Of a stretch of DNA of 64,000 nt, positions 39,974-49,087 are shown piece after piece. The notes under the pieces are model-generated. The model was not told where the DNA came from. It did not search any database and worked only from the letters and a program-made list of their open reading frames with translations. Made by a program: the position numbers and the translations under genes. Origin of the DNA: Candidatus Saccharimonadota bacterium (lineage in GTDB: Bacteria; Patescibacteriota; Saccharimonadia; Saccharimonadales; Saccharimonadaceae). Each line of letters starts with the position of its first letter. The stretch's first letter is position 1. The stretch covers positions 120,296-184,295 of the forward strand of contig JAFWSN010000001.1 in NCBI GenBank assembly GCA_017519305.1, written 5' to 3'.

Positions 39974-42900
39974 GTGAGTACTAAACCGAAAAACGGTGAA
40001 CGTATGTTTTTCACCGAAGGTGACCAAGCACTCCCAATTCCTGATTTGATTGCACATCAAAAGGACTCTTGGGAAGACTTTGTCAAAAACGGACTCCGCG
40101 AGATTTTTACCGAGCTTAATCCAATCGACGATTACACCGGTCAAAAACTCTCTCTCCGTTTTAAAGATTATTATTTTAAAGAGCCGAAGCAAACCGAACG
40201 TGACGCCAAATACAACCTCGCAACCTACGAGGCTCCGCTTCATGTCTTGGTTGAGCTAGAAAACAAGGTAACCGGCACCAAAAAAGAGCAAGACATCTAC
40301 TTTGGTGACTATCCTTGGATGACCGATCGTGCTACCTTCATTATTAACGGTACCGAACGTGTTATCGTTTCTCAGTTGATTCGTTCAGCTGGTGTTTTCT
40401 TTACTGCTGACCACATTGGTCTTCGCAATTACTACGGTGCTAAGGTGATTCCTGGCCGTGGTGCTTGGCTCGAGTTTGAGACCGCTGCAAACGGTTCAAT
40501 CAACGTCAAGATTGACCGCCGCCGCAAGGTGCCAGTCACAACCTTCATGCGCGCTCTTGGTATGACTAAATCCGAAATCAAGAGCAAATTCGAACAGGTC
40601 GATACTGGCGAAATCAATTACATTGATTCGACTTTCGAAAAAGACACCACCTCTACTCAAGGTGAGGCCTTGCTCGAGGTTTACCGCCGTCTTCGCCCAG
40701 GTGATCTCGCCACAGTCGAAAACGCTAAATCAATGATTGAGCGCACTTTCTTCGATCCAAAACGCTATGATTATTCAAACGTTGGTCGTTTCAAGATTAA
40801 CAGCCGCCTTGGCTTTGATACGCCAAACGAACCAAAATTCCGTACTTTGCAGATGGAAGACCTCATTGCTATCGTAGCTGAGATTATCCGTCTCAATAAT
40901 ACGCAAGAACCAGCCGACGATATCGACTCCTTGGCTAACCGCCGCGTCAAACTCGTTGGCGAGTTGGTCCAACGCCAATTCCGTCTTGGTATGCTCCGCT
41001 TGCAGCGCAACATCCTCGACCGTATGTCGATGGCTAACCCAGAAGAAGTTACTCCATCCCAACTCCTTAACTCTCGCCCAGTCGTGGCCGCTGTTAAAGA
41101 GTTCTTCGCTAGCTCACAGCTCAGCCAGTTGATGGATGAAACCAACCCATTCTCTGAACTTGCACACAAACGTCGTCTAAGTTCGATGGGTCCTGGTGGT
41201 TTGACTCGTGAACGTGCCGGCTTCGATGTCCGTGACGCCCACCCAACCCACTACGGCCGCATCTGTACCGTTGAAACCCCAGAAGGTGGTAACGTCGGTC
41301 TCGTGCTTAACCTTGCAACTTATGCTCGCATTAACGAATATGGCTTCATCGAAGCGCCATACCGCGTCGTTAAAAACGGCAAAGTTACTGATGAAGTAGT
41401 CTACGTTGATGCTGCTGCTGAAAACGATATGATTATCGCTGACGCATCTGTTAAATTGAATAAAGATGGTAAATTCGTTGAGGAATGGGTCTCTGCTCGT
41501 GTCCACGGCGCGCCAGCCCAGGTCGAGTCAAAGAACGTTACTCATATCGATGCTGCCCACAAGGAAATTCTTGGTGTATCAGCCAGCTTGATTCCATTCG
41601 TTGAGAAAAACCGTGTTGACCGCTCTCTCATGGCCTGCGCCATGCAGAAACAGGCAGTCCCACTACTCAAGACCGATAACCCAATCGTTGGTACTGGTAT
41701 TGAGCGTGAAGTCGCTAAGAACACTTCACAGGTCGTCTTTGCCGAAGGCGCCGGTGTCGTGAAGAAAGCCGACGGCGAATCTGTTATTGTTGCTTACGAT
41801 AAAGGTGGTGACAAAGAATACAAACTCGTTCACTTCGAAAAGACCAATGATGACCGCTGTTACAACCAACACTGCCGCGTAGCTCGTGGTCAAAAGGTCA
41901 AAAAAGGCGACGTCATCATCGAGGGTGCATCTATCAATGATAATGAACTCGCTCTTGGCCGCGACCTTCTCGTTGCCTTCATGCCATGGCGTGGTTACAA
42001 CATGGATGATGCTATCGTCATTTCTAACCGCCTAGTCGAAGATGATACTTTGACTTCTATCAACATCAAAGACTTCGACGTCGAAGTCCGCGAAACCAAA
42101 CTTGGTCCAGAACAAGTTACTCGTGATATTCCAAACGTTTCTGAACACTCTCTCCGCCACCTTGGCGAAGACGGTATCGTTACAGTTGGTTCCGAAGTTG
42201 CTCCTGGTGATATCCTCGTTGGTAAAATTACGCCAAAGGGTGAACAGGAACTTAGCTCAGAGGAGCGCCTCCTCCGTGCTATCTTCGGTGAAAAAGCCAA
42301 AGACGTCCGCGATACTTCAGTTCGTATGAACGGTTCATCTACTGGTAAAGTTGTCGACGTCCGCGTTTACACTCGTGAACAAGGCCACGAACTCAAAGCC
42401 GGTGTCCTCATGCAAATCAAGATCTTCGTCGCTGAAATGCGCAAAATCGGCGTCGGTGATAAGCTTGCAGGTCGCCACGGTAACAAAGGTGTGGTCTCCC
42501 GCGTTCTCCCAGTAGAAGATATGCCATTCATGGCTGATGGTACTCCAATCGATGTAGTGCTTTCACCAATGGGTGTGCCTTCCCGTATGAACCTCGGTCA
42601 GCTCTTTGAAACTCACCTTGGTATGGCTGCTCGCGCTCTTGGTTACAAGGTCGCAACCCCATCCTTTAACGGTGTCCCAGATGAAAAAATCAGCGATGAG
42701 CTCGAAAAAGCTGGATTTGATCGTGATGGTCGCGTCCAACTCTTCGACGGTCTCACCGGTGAACCATTCGAAGAACGCACCTCAGTCGGTGTGATGCACA
42801 TGCTCAAACTTCACCACATGGTCGAAGACAAGATCCACGCTCGTTCAACCGGTCCTTACACCATGGTTACCCAACAGCCACTCGGTGGTAAAGCCCAGAA

Positions 42901-43348
42901 CGGTGGTCAGCGCTTCGGTGAAATGGAGGTGTGGGCTCTTGAGGCTTATGGTGCTGCTACCACGCTTCAGGAAATGCTCACCATCAAATCTGATGATGTT
43001 TACGGCCGCGCTAAAGCATACGAATCAATCATCAAACGTGAACCAATCGAAGGTCCAAAGCTTCCAGAAGGTTTCAACGTCTTGGTTAAGGAACTTCAAG
43101 GTCTTGGCCTTAAGGTTGACCTCCTCGATCACGGCGAAGCCGCTGATGCTGGCGACGTAATTGAAAAGACCTCACGCGAGATTGAGCGTACCAAAGATGA
43201 TCAATCGATTTACGATCAACACAAGAAGGATGCCGAACCAGAAATCGTCGACCTCGATGCCGAGGAAGAGGCTGCTCTGGAAGATGAAGGCATGGAAATA
43301 ATAGAAGAAGAGGACGATGGTACAGTCGACCTCGGAGAGGAGTTCTAA
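39974..43348 (+). CDS. rpoB: RNA polymerase beta subunit
   Basis: SQLSQLMDETNP, ETPEG, GDKLAGRHGNKG, GGQRFGEMEVWALEAYGA. Confidence 0.99.
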   Translation: MSTKPKNGERMFFTEGDQALPIPDLIAHQKDSWEDFVKNGLREIFTELNPIDDYTGQKLSLRFKDYYFKEPKQTERDAKYNLATYEAPLHVLVELENKVTGTKKEQDIYFGDYPWMTDRATFIINGTERVIVSQLIRSAGVFFTADHIGLRNYYGAKVIPGRGAWLEFETAANGSINVKIDRRRKVPVTTFMRALGMTKSEIKSKFEQVDTGEINYIDSTFEKDTTSTQGEALLEVYRRLRPGDLATVENAKSMIERTFFDPKRYDYSNVGRFKINSRLGFDTPNEPKFRTLQMEDLIAIVAEIIRLNNTQEPADDIDSLANRRVKLVGELVQRQFRLGMLRLQRNILDRMSMANPEEVTPSQLLNSRPVVAAVKEFFASSQLSQLMDETNPFSELAHKRRLSSMGPGGLTRERAGFDVRDAHPTHYGRICTVETPEGGNVGLVLNLATYARINEYGFIEAPYRVVKNGKVTDEVVYVDAAAENDMIIADASVKLNKDGKFVEEWVSARVHGAPAQVESKNVTHIDAAHKEILGVSASLIPFVEKNRVDRSLMACAMQKQAVPLLKTDNPIVGTGIEREVAKNTSQVVFAEGAGVVKKADGESVIVAYDKGGDKEYKLVHFEKTNDDRCYNQHCRVARGQKVKKGDVIIEGASINDNELALGRDLLVAFMPWRGYNMDDAIVISNRLVEDDTLTSINIKDFDVEVRETKLGPEQVTRDIPNVSEHSLRHLGEDGIVTVGSEVAPGDILVGKITPKGEQELSSEERLLRAIFGEKAKDVRDTSVRMNGSSTGKVVDVRVYTREQGHELKAGVLMQIKIFVAEMRKIGVGDKLAGRHGNKGVVSRVLPVEDMPFMADGTPIDVVLSPMGVPSRMNLGQLFETHLGMAARALGYKVATPSFNGVPDEKISDELEKAGFDRDGRVQLFDGLTGEPFEERTSVGVMHMLKLHHMVEDKIHARSTGPYTMVTQQPLGGKAQNGGQRFGEMEVWALEAYGAATTLQEMLTIKSDDVYGRAKAYESIIKREPIEGPKLPEGFNVLVKELQGLGLKVDLLDHGEAADAGDVIEKTSREIERTKDDQSIYDQHKKDAEPEIVDLDAEEEAALEDEGMEIIEEEDDGTVDLGEEF

Positions 43349-43349
43349 T

Positions 43350-46300
43350 ATGGCTTGGATGGATAATTTTATCAGTGCCTCTGACTTTGATTCAATCCGT
43401 CTAACAGTGGCCAATGCGGACGACATCTTAAACTGGAGCTATGGCGAAGTTACAAAGCCAGAAACCATTAACTACCGTACCCAAAAACCGGAACGTGATG
43501 GTCTCTTCTGCGAACGTATCTTCGGTCCAACCAAAGATATCAATCCACATGATTCAAAACTAAAAGGTGTGCGCTCTCGTGAAGCTGCCGTCGATAAGGA
43601 AGGTAACCTCGTTACTAAATCTATCGCCCGCCGCGAACGCATGGGTCACATCTCCCTCGCTGCACCAGTTGCTCACATCTGGTTCATGCGTGGTACCCCA
43701 TCAGCGATTAGTCTTTTGCTCGATATCACTGTTAAAAACATTGAGAAAGTTGTCTACTTTGCAACTTACCTCATCACCGAAGCAAAAGATGAAGAAATTG
43801 CTAAAACTCTCGAATCACTCGAGAACCAAACCATCGCCGCTCGTGAGGCTATCCGCCTTCGCTACGAGAAGGAATCTAAAGATGGTGATGTAAAAGCTCT
43901 TGCTGAAGCTCAGACTAAAGAATTGGCTGAACTCGAGAGTGATTACCAAGCTAAAAAATCGATGCTCGAATCCTTCAAGAAAGGCGGCACGATTACTGAA
44001 GTTGAATATCGTAATCTTCCAGAAGAATACGAAGATTTGATTACTGTCGAGATGGGCGCAACCGCCATCAAGAAAATGCTCGACGAAATCGATCTCGACC
44101 AACTTATCGAAAAACTTCACGCTGAAGCTAAAGAAGCTAAAGGCCAAAAAGAGAAAAAGATTCAAAAACGTCTTAAAACTCTCGAAGGCATGCAGGCTGC
44201 TGGTATCAAGCCAACTGATCTTGTCTTGACTGTTATCCCAGTCATCCCACCAGATCTACGTCCAATGATCGCACTTCCTGGTGGTCGCTTCGCAACCTCA
44301 GATCTTAACGATCTTTATCGCCGCGTGATCAACCGTAACAACCGTTTGCGCAAACTTCTCGACCTTAACGCTCCAGAAGTTATCTGCCGCAACGAGATGC
44401 GCATGCTCCAAGAGGCTGTAGATGCTCTTATTGACAACTCTGCTTCTCATGCTGCCAGCTCTAGCAACGGTCGTCGCAAACTTAAATCACTTTCCGACCT
44501 CCTCAAAGGTAAACAGGGTCGCTTCCGCCAGAACCTTCTTGGTAAACGCGTCGACTACTCTGGTCGTTCAGTGATTGTCGTTGGTCCGGAACTTCGTCTT
44601 AACGAATGTGGTTTGCCAAAACAAATGGCACTTGAGCTCTTTAAGCCATTCGTCATTTCTTGGCTCATTGCTAACGAACACGCCAACAATATCCGCTCAG
44701 CTTCTCGCTTGATCGAAGCTAAAGAAACCGTCGTTTGGGATGCTTTGGACGAGGTAATTAAGGGTAAATATGTGCTCTTAAACCGTGCACCATCCCTTCA
44801 CCGTTTGTCCGTTCAGGCCTTCCAACCACGCCTTATCGATGGTAAAGCTATCAAACTTCATCCACTCGTAGCATCTGGTTTCAACGCCGACTACGATGGT
44901 GACCAGATGGCTGTTCACCTACCACTCTCTGACGCTGCTCAGGCTGAGGCTCGTGAACTCATGGCTGCTGATAAGAACCTTTTGAAACCTGCTGATGGCG
45001 CGCCAGTGCTCGCTATTTATCAGGACGTCGTGCTCGGTGCTTACTACCTTACTTACGACAAGCCAGGTACTGACCAAGGCGATCCAAAAGCCTTCTCATC
45101 AGTCTACGAAGCTGAACTCGCTTACGACCAGGGAATCATCCACTTGCAAACCCCAATTCGCGTGTTTGCGAAGCGCGAGATTCGCGATACTACTCTTGGC
45201 CGTGTTATCTTCAACGAAATCTTGCCAAAAGATTATCCATACGATAACTCAGTCCAGACCAAGAAACACCTTTCTAAGGTCATGGCCGACATCTTTGATA
45301 TGTACGGTGCTGAAGTAACGGTTAAAACCGCTGACGCCCTCAAGGATCTCGCCTTCGAATATGAGACTATCGCTTCAATCTCTACCGCTAAGGATGATTA
45401 TCCAACCTACGACGAAATTGATGACTTCCTCGCTGAAGGTGACGCCAAAACCGCCCTCATTCAGGAACAATTCAACGAAGGTCTTGTTACCGAAGAAGAA
45501 CGTTACAAACTCACTATCGCCAACTGGCGTGATATCGATAAGAAGATTTCTGACTTCCTTCAGAGCAAACTTGCCGAGATGGATACCGATATCGCTGTGA
45601 TGGTTAACTCCGGTGCTCGTGGTAACATTTCTAACATTAAGCTTGCTTCCGCCGAGATTGGTATCATGGTGGATATTAACAACAACGAAATTGAGCTTCC
45701 AGTTAAATCAAGCTACAAGAAAGGTCTTAACACCCTCGAATCCTTCATCGCCACTCGTGGTGCACGTCAAGGTCAGGTGTCTACCGCTCTTCGTACCGCT
45801 GACTCTGGTTACCTCACCCGTCGTCTCGTTGACGTCTCCCAAGATGTCTTTACTACCGACGAAGAAGCTGAAGACCCAGGTTACACTGTTAACCGTGAAG
45901 ATTCTGAACAATCTGGCGTGCCATTCAAGGCATGGATCTCCGGTCGCTATGCCGCCGAAGCTGTTCCAGGCTATGTCGAAGCTGACGAATTGATCACCCC
46001 TGATCTTGCTGCTCAAATCGACGCCGATGATAACGTCAAATCAGTCAAGATTCAATCTGTACTTTCAACCACTGCTGTTAACGGCATCCCACGCAAAGCT
46101 TACGGCGTTGATATGTCTACCCGTGAACTCGTGGCCGCCAACCAACCAGTCGGTGTGATTGCCGCTCAATCCCTTGGTGAACCAGGTACCCAGCTTACCC
46201 TCGATACCAAACACGGTTCTGGTGTGGCAGGTTCTGGTGCTATCGCCCGTGGTCTTCCTCGTGTTGAAGAGCTTCTCGAAGCCCGCAGCCCGAAAGGTCA

Positions 46301-47171
46301 AGCTTACATCTCTACCATCGATGGTACGGTTGAAGCTTGGGAAGATGGTAACCACTATGTGGTTCAAATCACCCCACAATCTGGCGATATTGAACGTTAT
46401 GAACTTAATGGTCGCAAGGCCGAAGTCAAGGATGGTCAATCAGTTAAAGCTGGTGCTACCTTGGTCAAGAAGGCTGGCAAAGATGCTGCTATCAAGGCTA
46501 AATTCGACGGTATCGTTGAACTAGTCAAAGATGGTATTGTGCTCGTTGCTGCTGCTACTGCTCCAGTTCGCGTTGAAATCCCTGGCGATGCTGAACTTCT
46601 CGTCAAGAATGGCGACGTCGTCGCTGCTGGTGATCGTCTCACCACCGGTTCTTTGAACCTCCAAGACCTCATGAAGTACAAAGGTATCGAAGCTGCTGAA
46701 CGCTACATCATGAACGATGTTCTTAACGTTTACGCCGCTCAGGGCCACGAAATCTCACCGAAACACCTTGAGATTCTCGTTCGCCAAATGTTCTCTCGTG
46801 TACAGATCAACGAACCTGGTGACTCTAGCTTCGTTTCAGGCGATATCGTCTCGAAAGCTGCTGCTGTTACCGAGAACCAGAGACTCGAAGCCGCCGGCAA
46901 GGCTCCAGCTACCTGGACCAACTTGCTCCTTGGTATCACCAAAGTCTCTATCTTCTCCGATTCGTTCTTGTCTGCTGCATCCTTCCAGGATACGACTCGC
47001 GTTCTTATTAATGCCGCTATCAACGGTCGCGTCGACCACTTGAACGGCCTCAAAGAGAACGTCATCATCGGTCGCAAGATTCCTGTAGGTACTGGCGTCA
47101 AGCCAATCGAAACCGAAGAGGAATTAATTTCCGAAGGTGAACCAACCGAAGAGGAAATCGCTGAACTCTAA
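43350..47171 (+). CDS. rpoC: RNA polymerase beta' subunit
   Basis: KPETINYRT, GRFRQNLLGKRVDYSGR, NRAPSLHR, NADYDGD, ASFQDT. Start at ATG 43350 after GAGGAG. Confidence 0.99.
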   Translation: MAWMDNFISASDFDSIRLTVANADDILNWSYGEVTKPETINYRTQKPERDGLFCERIFGPTKDINPHDSKLKGVRSREAAVDKEGNLVTKSIARRERMGHISLAAPVAHIWFMRGTPSAISLLLDITVKNIEKVVYFATYLITEAKDEEIAKTLESLENQTIAAREAIRLRYEKESKDGDVKALAEAQTKELAELESDYQAKKSMLESFKKGGTITEVEYRNLPEEYEDLITVEMGATAIKKMLDEIDLDQLIEKLHAEAKEAKGQKEKKIQKRLKTLEGMQAAGIKPTDLVLTVIPVIPPDLRPMIALPGGRFATSDLNDLYRRVINRNNRLRKLLDLNAPEVICRNEMRMLQEAVDALIDNSASHAASSSNGRRKLKSLSDLLKGKQGRFRQNLLGKRVDYSGRSVIVVGPELRLNECGLPKQMALELFKPFVISWLIANEHANNIRSASRLIEAKETVVWDALDEVIKGKYVLLNRAPSLHRLSVQAFQPRLIDGKAIKLHPLVASGFNADYDGDQMAVHLPLSDAAQAEARELMAADKNLLKPADGAPVLAIYQDVVLGAYYLTYDKPGTDQGDPKAFSSVYEAELAYDQGIIHLQTPIRVFAKREIRDTTLGRVIFNEILPKDYPYDNSVQTKKHLSKVMADIFDMYGAEVTVKTADALKDLAFEYETIASISTAKDDYPTYDEIDDFLAEGDAKTALIQEQFNEGLVTEEERYKLTIANWRDIDKKISDFLQSKLAEMDTDIAVMVNSGARGNISNIKLASAEIGIMVDINNNEIELPVKSSYKKGLNTLESFIATRGARQGQVSTALRTADSGYLTRRLVDVSQDVFTTDEEAEDPGYTVNREDSEQSGVPFKAWISGRYAAEAVPGYVEADELITPDLAAQIDADDNVKSVKIQSVLSTTAVNGIPRKAYGVDMSTRELVAANQPVGVIAAQSLGEPGTQLTLDTKHGSGVAGSGAIARGLPRVEELLEARSPKGQAYISTIDGTVEAWEDGNHYVVQITPQSGDIERYELNGRKAEVKDGQSVKAGATLVKKAGKDAAIKAKFDGIVELVKDGIVLVAAATAPVRVEIPGDAELLVKNGDVVAAGDRLTTGSLNLQDLMKYKGIEAAERYIMNDVLNVYAAQGHEISPKHLEILVRQMFSRVQINEPGDSSFVSGDIVSKAAAVTENQRLEAAGKAPATWTNLLLGITKVSIFSDSFLSAASFQDTTRVLINAAINGRVDHLNGLKENVIIGRKIPVGTGVKPIETEEELISEGEPTEEEIAEL

Positions 47172-47187
47172 AAATAGAGATTAGCAC

Positions 47188-47219
47188 AAAAAATCCACCC
47201 CGTTATGGGGTGGGTTTTT
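47188..47219. terminator. Bidirectional terminator after rpoC
   Basis: AAAAAATCCACCCC-GTTAT-GGGGTGGGTTTTT. Confidence 0.85.
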
Positions 47220-47233
47220 GTTGGAGGGATGTT

Positions 47234-48025
47234 TTACCAGCGATCCGGGATGAAAATTTCGAATGGCTGTACCTTTCCGCGCACAAAATTACCCTGTACG
47301 CCAAAAATTTTCAAGCCATCGACCCGTGACATCTCTGGTGCTTTGGTTACGAGCGGCACGACAATGTTTTCCATAAAGTCGCTTATCAGGTAATTATAAA
47401 GCGGTTTGAAATTTTTCGGTATGTGGGCCTCAACGAGTTCTTTTTCGTATCCACACTGCTTAATCAAAAACTCTACCCGCGCCTTGCGCTGCTCAGCGTA
47501 TTTATCCGTGTAGACGTGTCTGTAAAAAGTGCCACTGATTCGGAGAATGTCGGCTCGATTTCTGATAAATAGAACCTCTTTCCAGGGAATTTCGAAGTGC
47601 TCATGCACGGCCAATCCCTTGGTTAGCTCCCCTCCATCAAAACCTTTACCGACAAAATCAATCGTGACGCTCTTATTAGTAGAGAAAACAGCGTTAAAGC
47701 CACCATCGTAGAGGTACCTCGGTACAGTAGTTTCTTTCGTGTCCATTACCAGAATGACTCCGTTGGGATTTTCCGCCTGAACCATCTTTAATGCTCTGGG
47801 CAGATCATCTGGATAACCGCTAGTCCCAGCAAACGAGCATTTCGTCGACATTCCGATTGGGAAATCCACTCGCTGCACGACAAATTTGCCAAACTGACTT
47901 CTAATAGTCTCCCACTCTTCGGCCGAAGAAATAATCGCCATTTTTTCGAATGGCGCTACCTCGGGTAGATACTTTTTGAGCAGCATTACGCCGCGAGCCT
48001 TATTGTAATCTTTTGGGTTTTTCAT
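47234..48025 (-). CDS. Hypothetical protein
   Basis: 263-aa ORF with AAGGGAGGTG SD and a TGTTATAAT -10; no confident motif. Confidence 0.7.
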   Translation of the reverse strand: MKNPKDYNKARGVMLLKKYLPEVAPFEKMAIISSAEEWETIRSQFGKFVVQRVDFPIGMSTKCSFAGTSGYPDDLPRALKMVQAENPNGVILVMDTKETTVPRYLYDGGFNAVFSTNKSVTIDFVGKGFDGGELTKGLAVHEHFEIPWKEVLFIRNRADILRISGTFYRHVYTDKYAEQRKARVEFLIKQCGYEKELVEAHIPKNFKPLYNYLISDFMENIVVPLVTKAPEMSRVDGLKIFGVQGNFVRGKVQPFEIFIPDRW

Positions 48026-48126
48026 ATAAAAACACCTCCCTTAAAGAACGAAATTTCCCACCAAATTTATTACTATTATAACATATTTTACAGAGGACAA
48101 CAAACGGCGATAAGGGGTAGCATATA

Positions 48127-48155
48127 TTGACAAATTAAGACGCTTATGCTATAAT
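48127..48155 (+). promoter_or_regulatory. Consensus sigma70 promoter
   Basis: TTGACA-17-TATAAT with TG extension. Confidence 0.8.
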
Positions 48156-48239
48156 CAAAGATAGATGAAAATTGTTCCTTACCAAGTTACTTAGGCAAAC
48201 CTAAGTTTTTGGGAGGGGAAACTTAAGGAGGGTACTATC

Positions 48240-48755
48240 ATGAGAGATCATTTACTTTTACCAATTTTCGCACTGGTTATAGCGTGCCTCGTTCTGGGGT
48301 ACAACATTGGTTATTCCTTCGCTAGATACGAAGGTAGTAACCAATGGACGGACGGCGTCATTACGGCGACGTTCGACGAAAAAACCGGCACGTTGACTTT
48401 CTCTGGCGAAGGAGCGGTGTATCACGCTAAAGACTGGGTCAACGTTAAACCGCAGCTCGTCAAGAAAATGGTTTTCGCAGACGGGATAAATTATGTTCGT
48501 GACTGCGAGTTCACCGGCGGCACAGGCCCAATTTCTTACGTCAACCTCGAGGAGATTGTCTTCGAGGGCGACCTTATCGAAATTGGCGACTGCGCTTTTA
48601 GCGGTAATGTCAACCTCAAAAAGGTTGAATTCCAAAAAGGATGTTCCCAGATTGGGACATTGGCATTTTATCACTGCCTCTCTCTCGAGGACATCAATAT
48701 GCCGGACGGTTGTGAATACCGGCACGGCGACCTCATGGAGGACGCAAAAGCCTAA
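48240..48755 (+). CDS. Small exported leucine-rich repeat protein (BspA/TpLRR type)
   Basis: Signal/TM; TGTLTFSGEG cap; IGDCAFSGNVNLKKV and IGTLAFYHCLSLEDI repeats. Confidence 0.75.
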   Translation: MRDHLLLPIFALVIACLVLGYNIGYSFARYEGSNQWTDGVITATFDEKTGTLTFSGEGAVYHAKDWVNVKPQLVKKMVFADGINYVRDCEFTGGTGPISYVNLEEIVFEGDLIEIGDCAFSGNVNLKKVEFQKGCSQIGTLAFYHCLSLEDINMPDGCEYRHGDLMEDAKA

Positions 48756-48824
48756 GCAAAATTCCGGTTCCTGTCATGCCACCAGCATGATGGGGGCCGG
48801 TTTTTCTTTTTGAAGCATAAAAAA

Positions 48825-48901
48825 TGGTGGGGATATCAGGACTTGAACCTGAGACCTCGTCATTATCAGTGACGCGCTCTAACCAGCTGAGCTATATCCC
48901 C
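48825..48901 (-). tRNA. tRNA-Ile(GAU)
   Basis: Cloverleaf GGGGATAT...CCCCACCA; anticodon arm CGTCA-CTGATAA-TGACG. Confidence 0.96.
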
Positions 48902-48905
48902 AGAT

Positions 48906-48982
48906 TGGTGGAGTAACAGGGATTCAAACCCTGGACCTCTGCCTTGCAAAGGCAGCGCTCTAATCAGCTGAGCTATTACCCC
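48906..48982 (-). tRNA. tRNA-Ala(UGC)
   Basis: GGGGTAA/TTACTCC acceptor with G3:U70; CTGCC-TTTGCAA-GGCAG; CCA encoded. Confidence 0.95.
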
Positions 48983-49087
48983 AGTGCTATCTATTATACG
49001 GCAATTTCTAGAAAAGTCAAACAAAAAAGTTCCTCAAAAAACAAAATTCTATGATATGATAGATACAGTTAAATTGTAGAGGTATCC

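Noticed and set aside
41100-41200. RpoB rifampicin-pocket differences (SQLMDETNPFSELAHKRRLSSM)
   Set aside because: The key D516/H526/S531 equivalents are intact, and the remaining changes cannot be called resistance from sequence alone.
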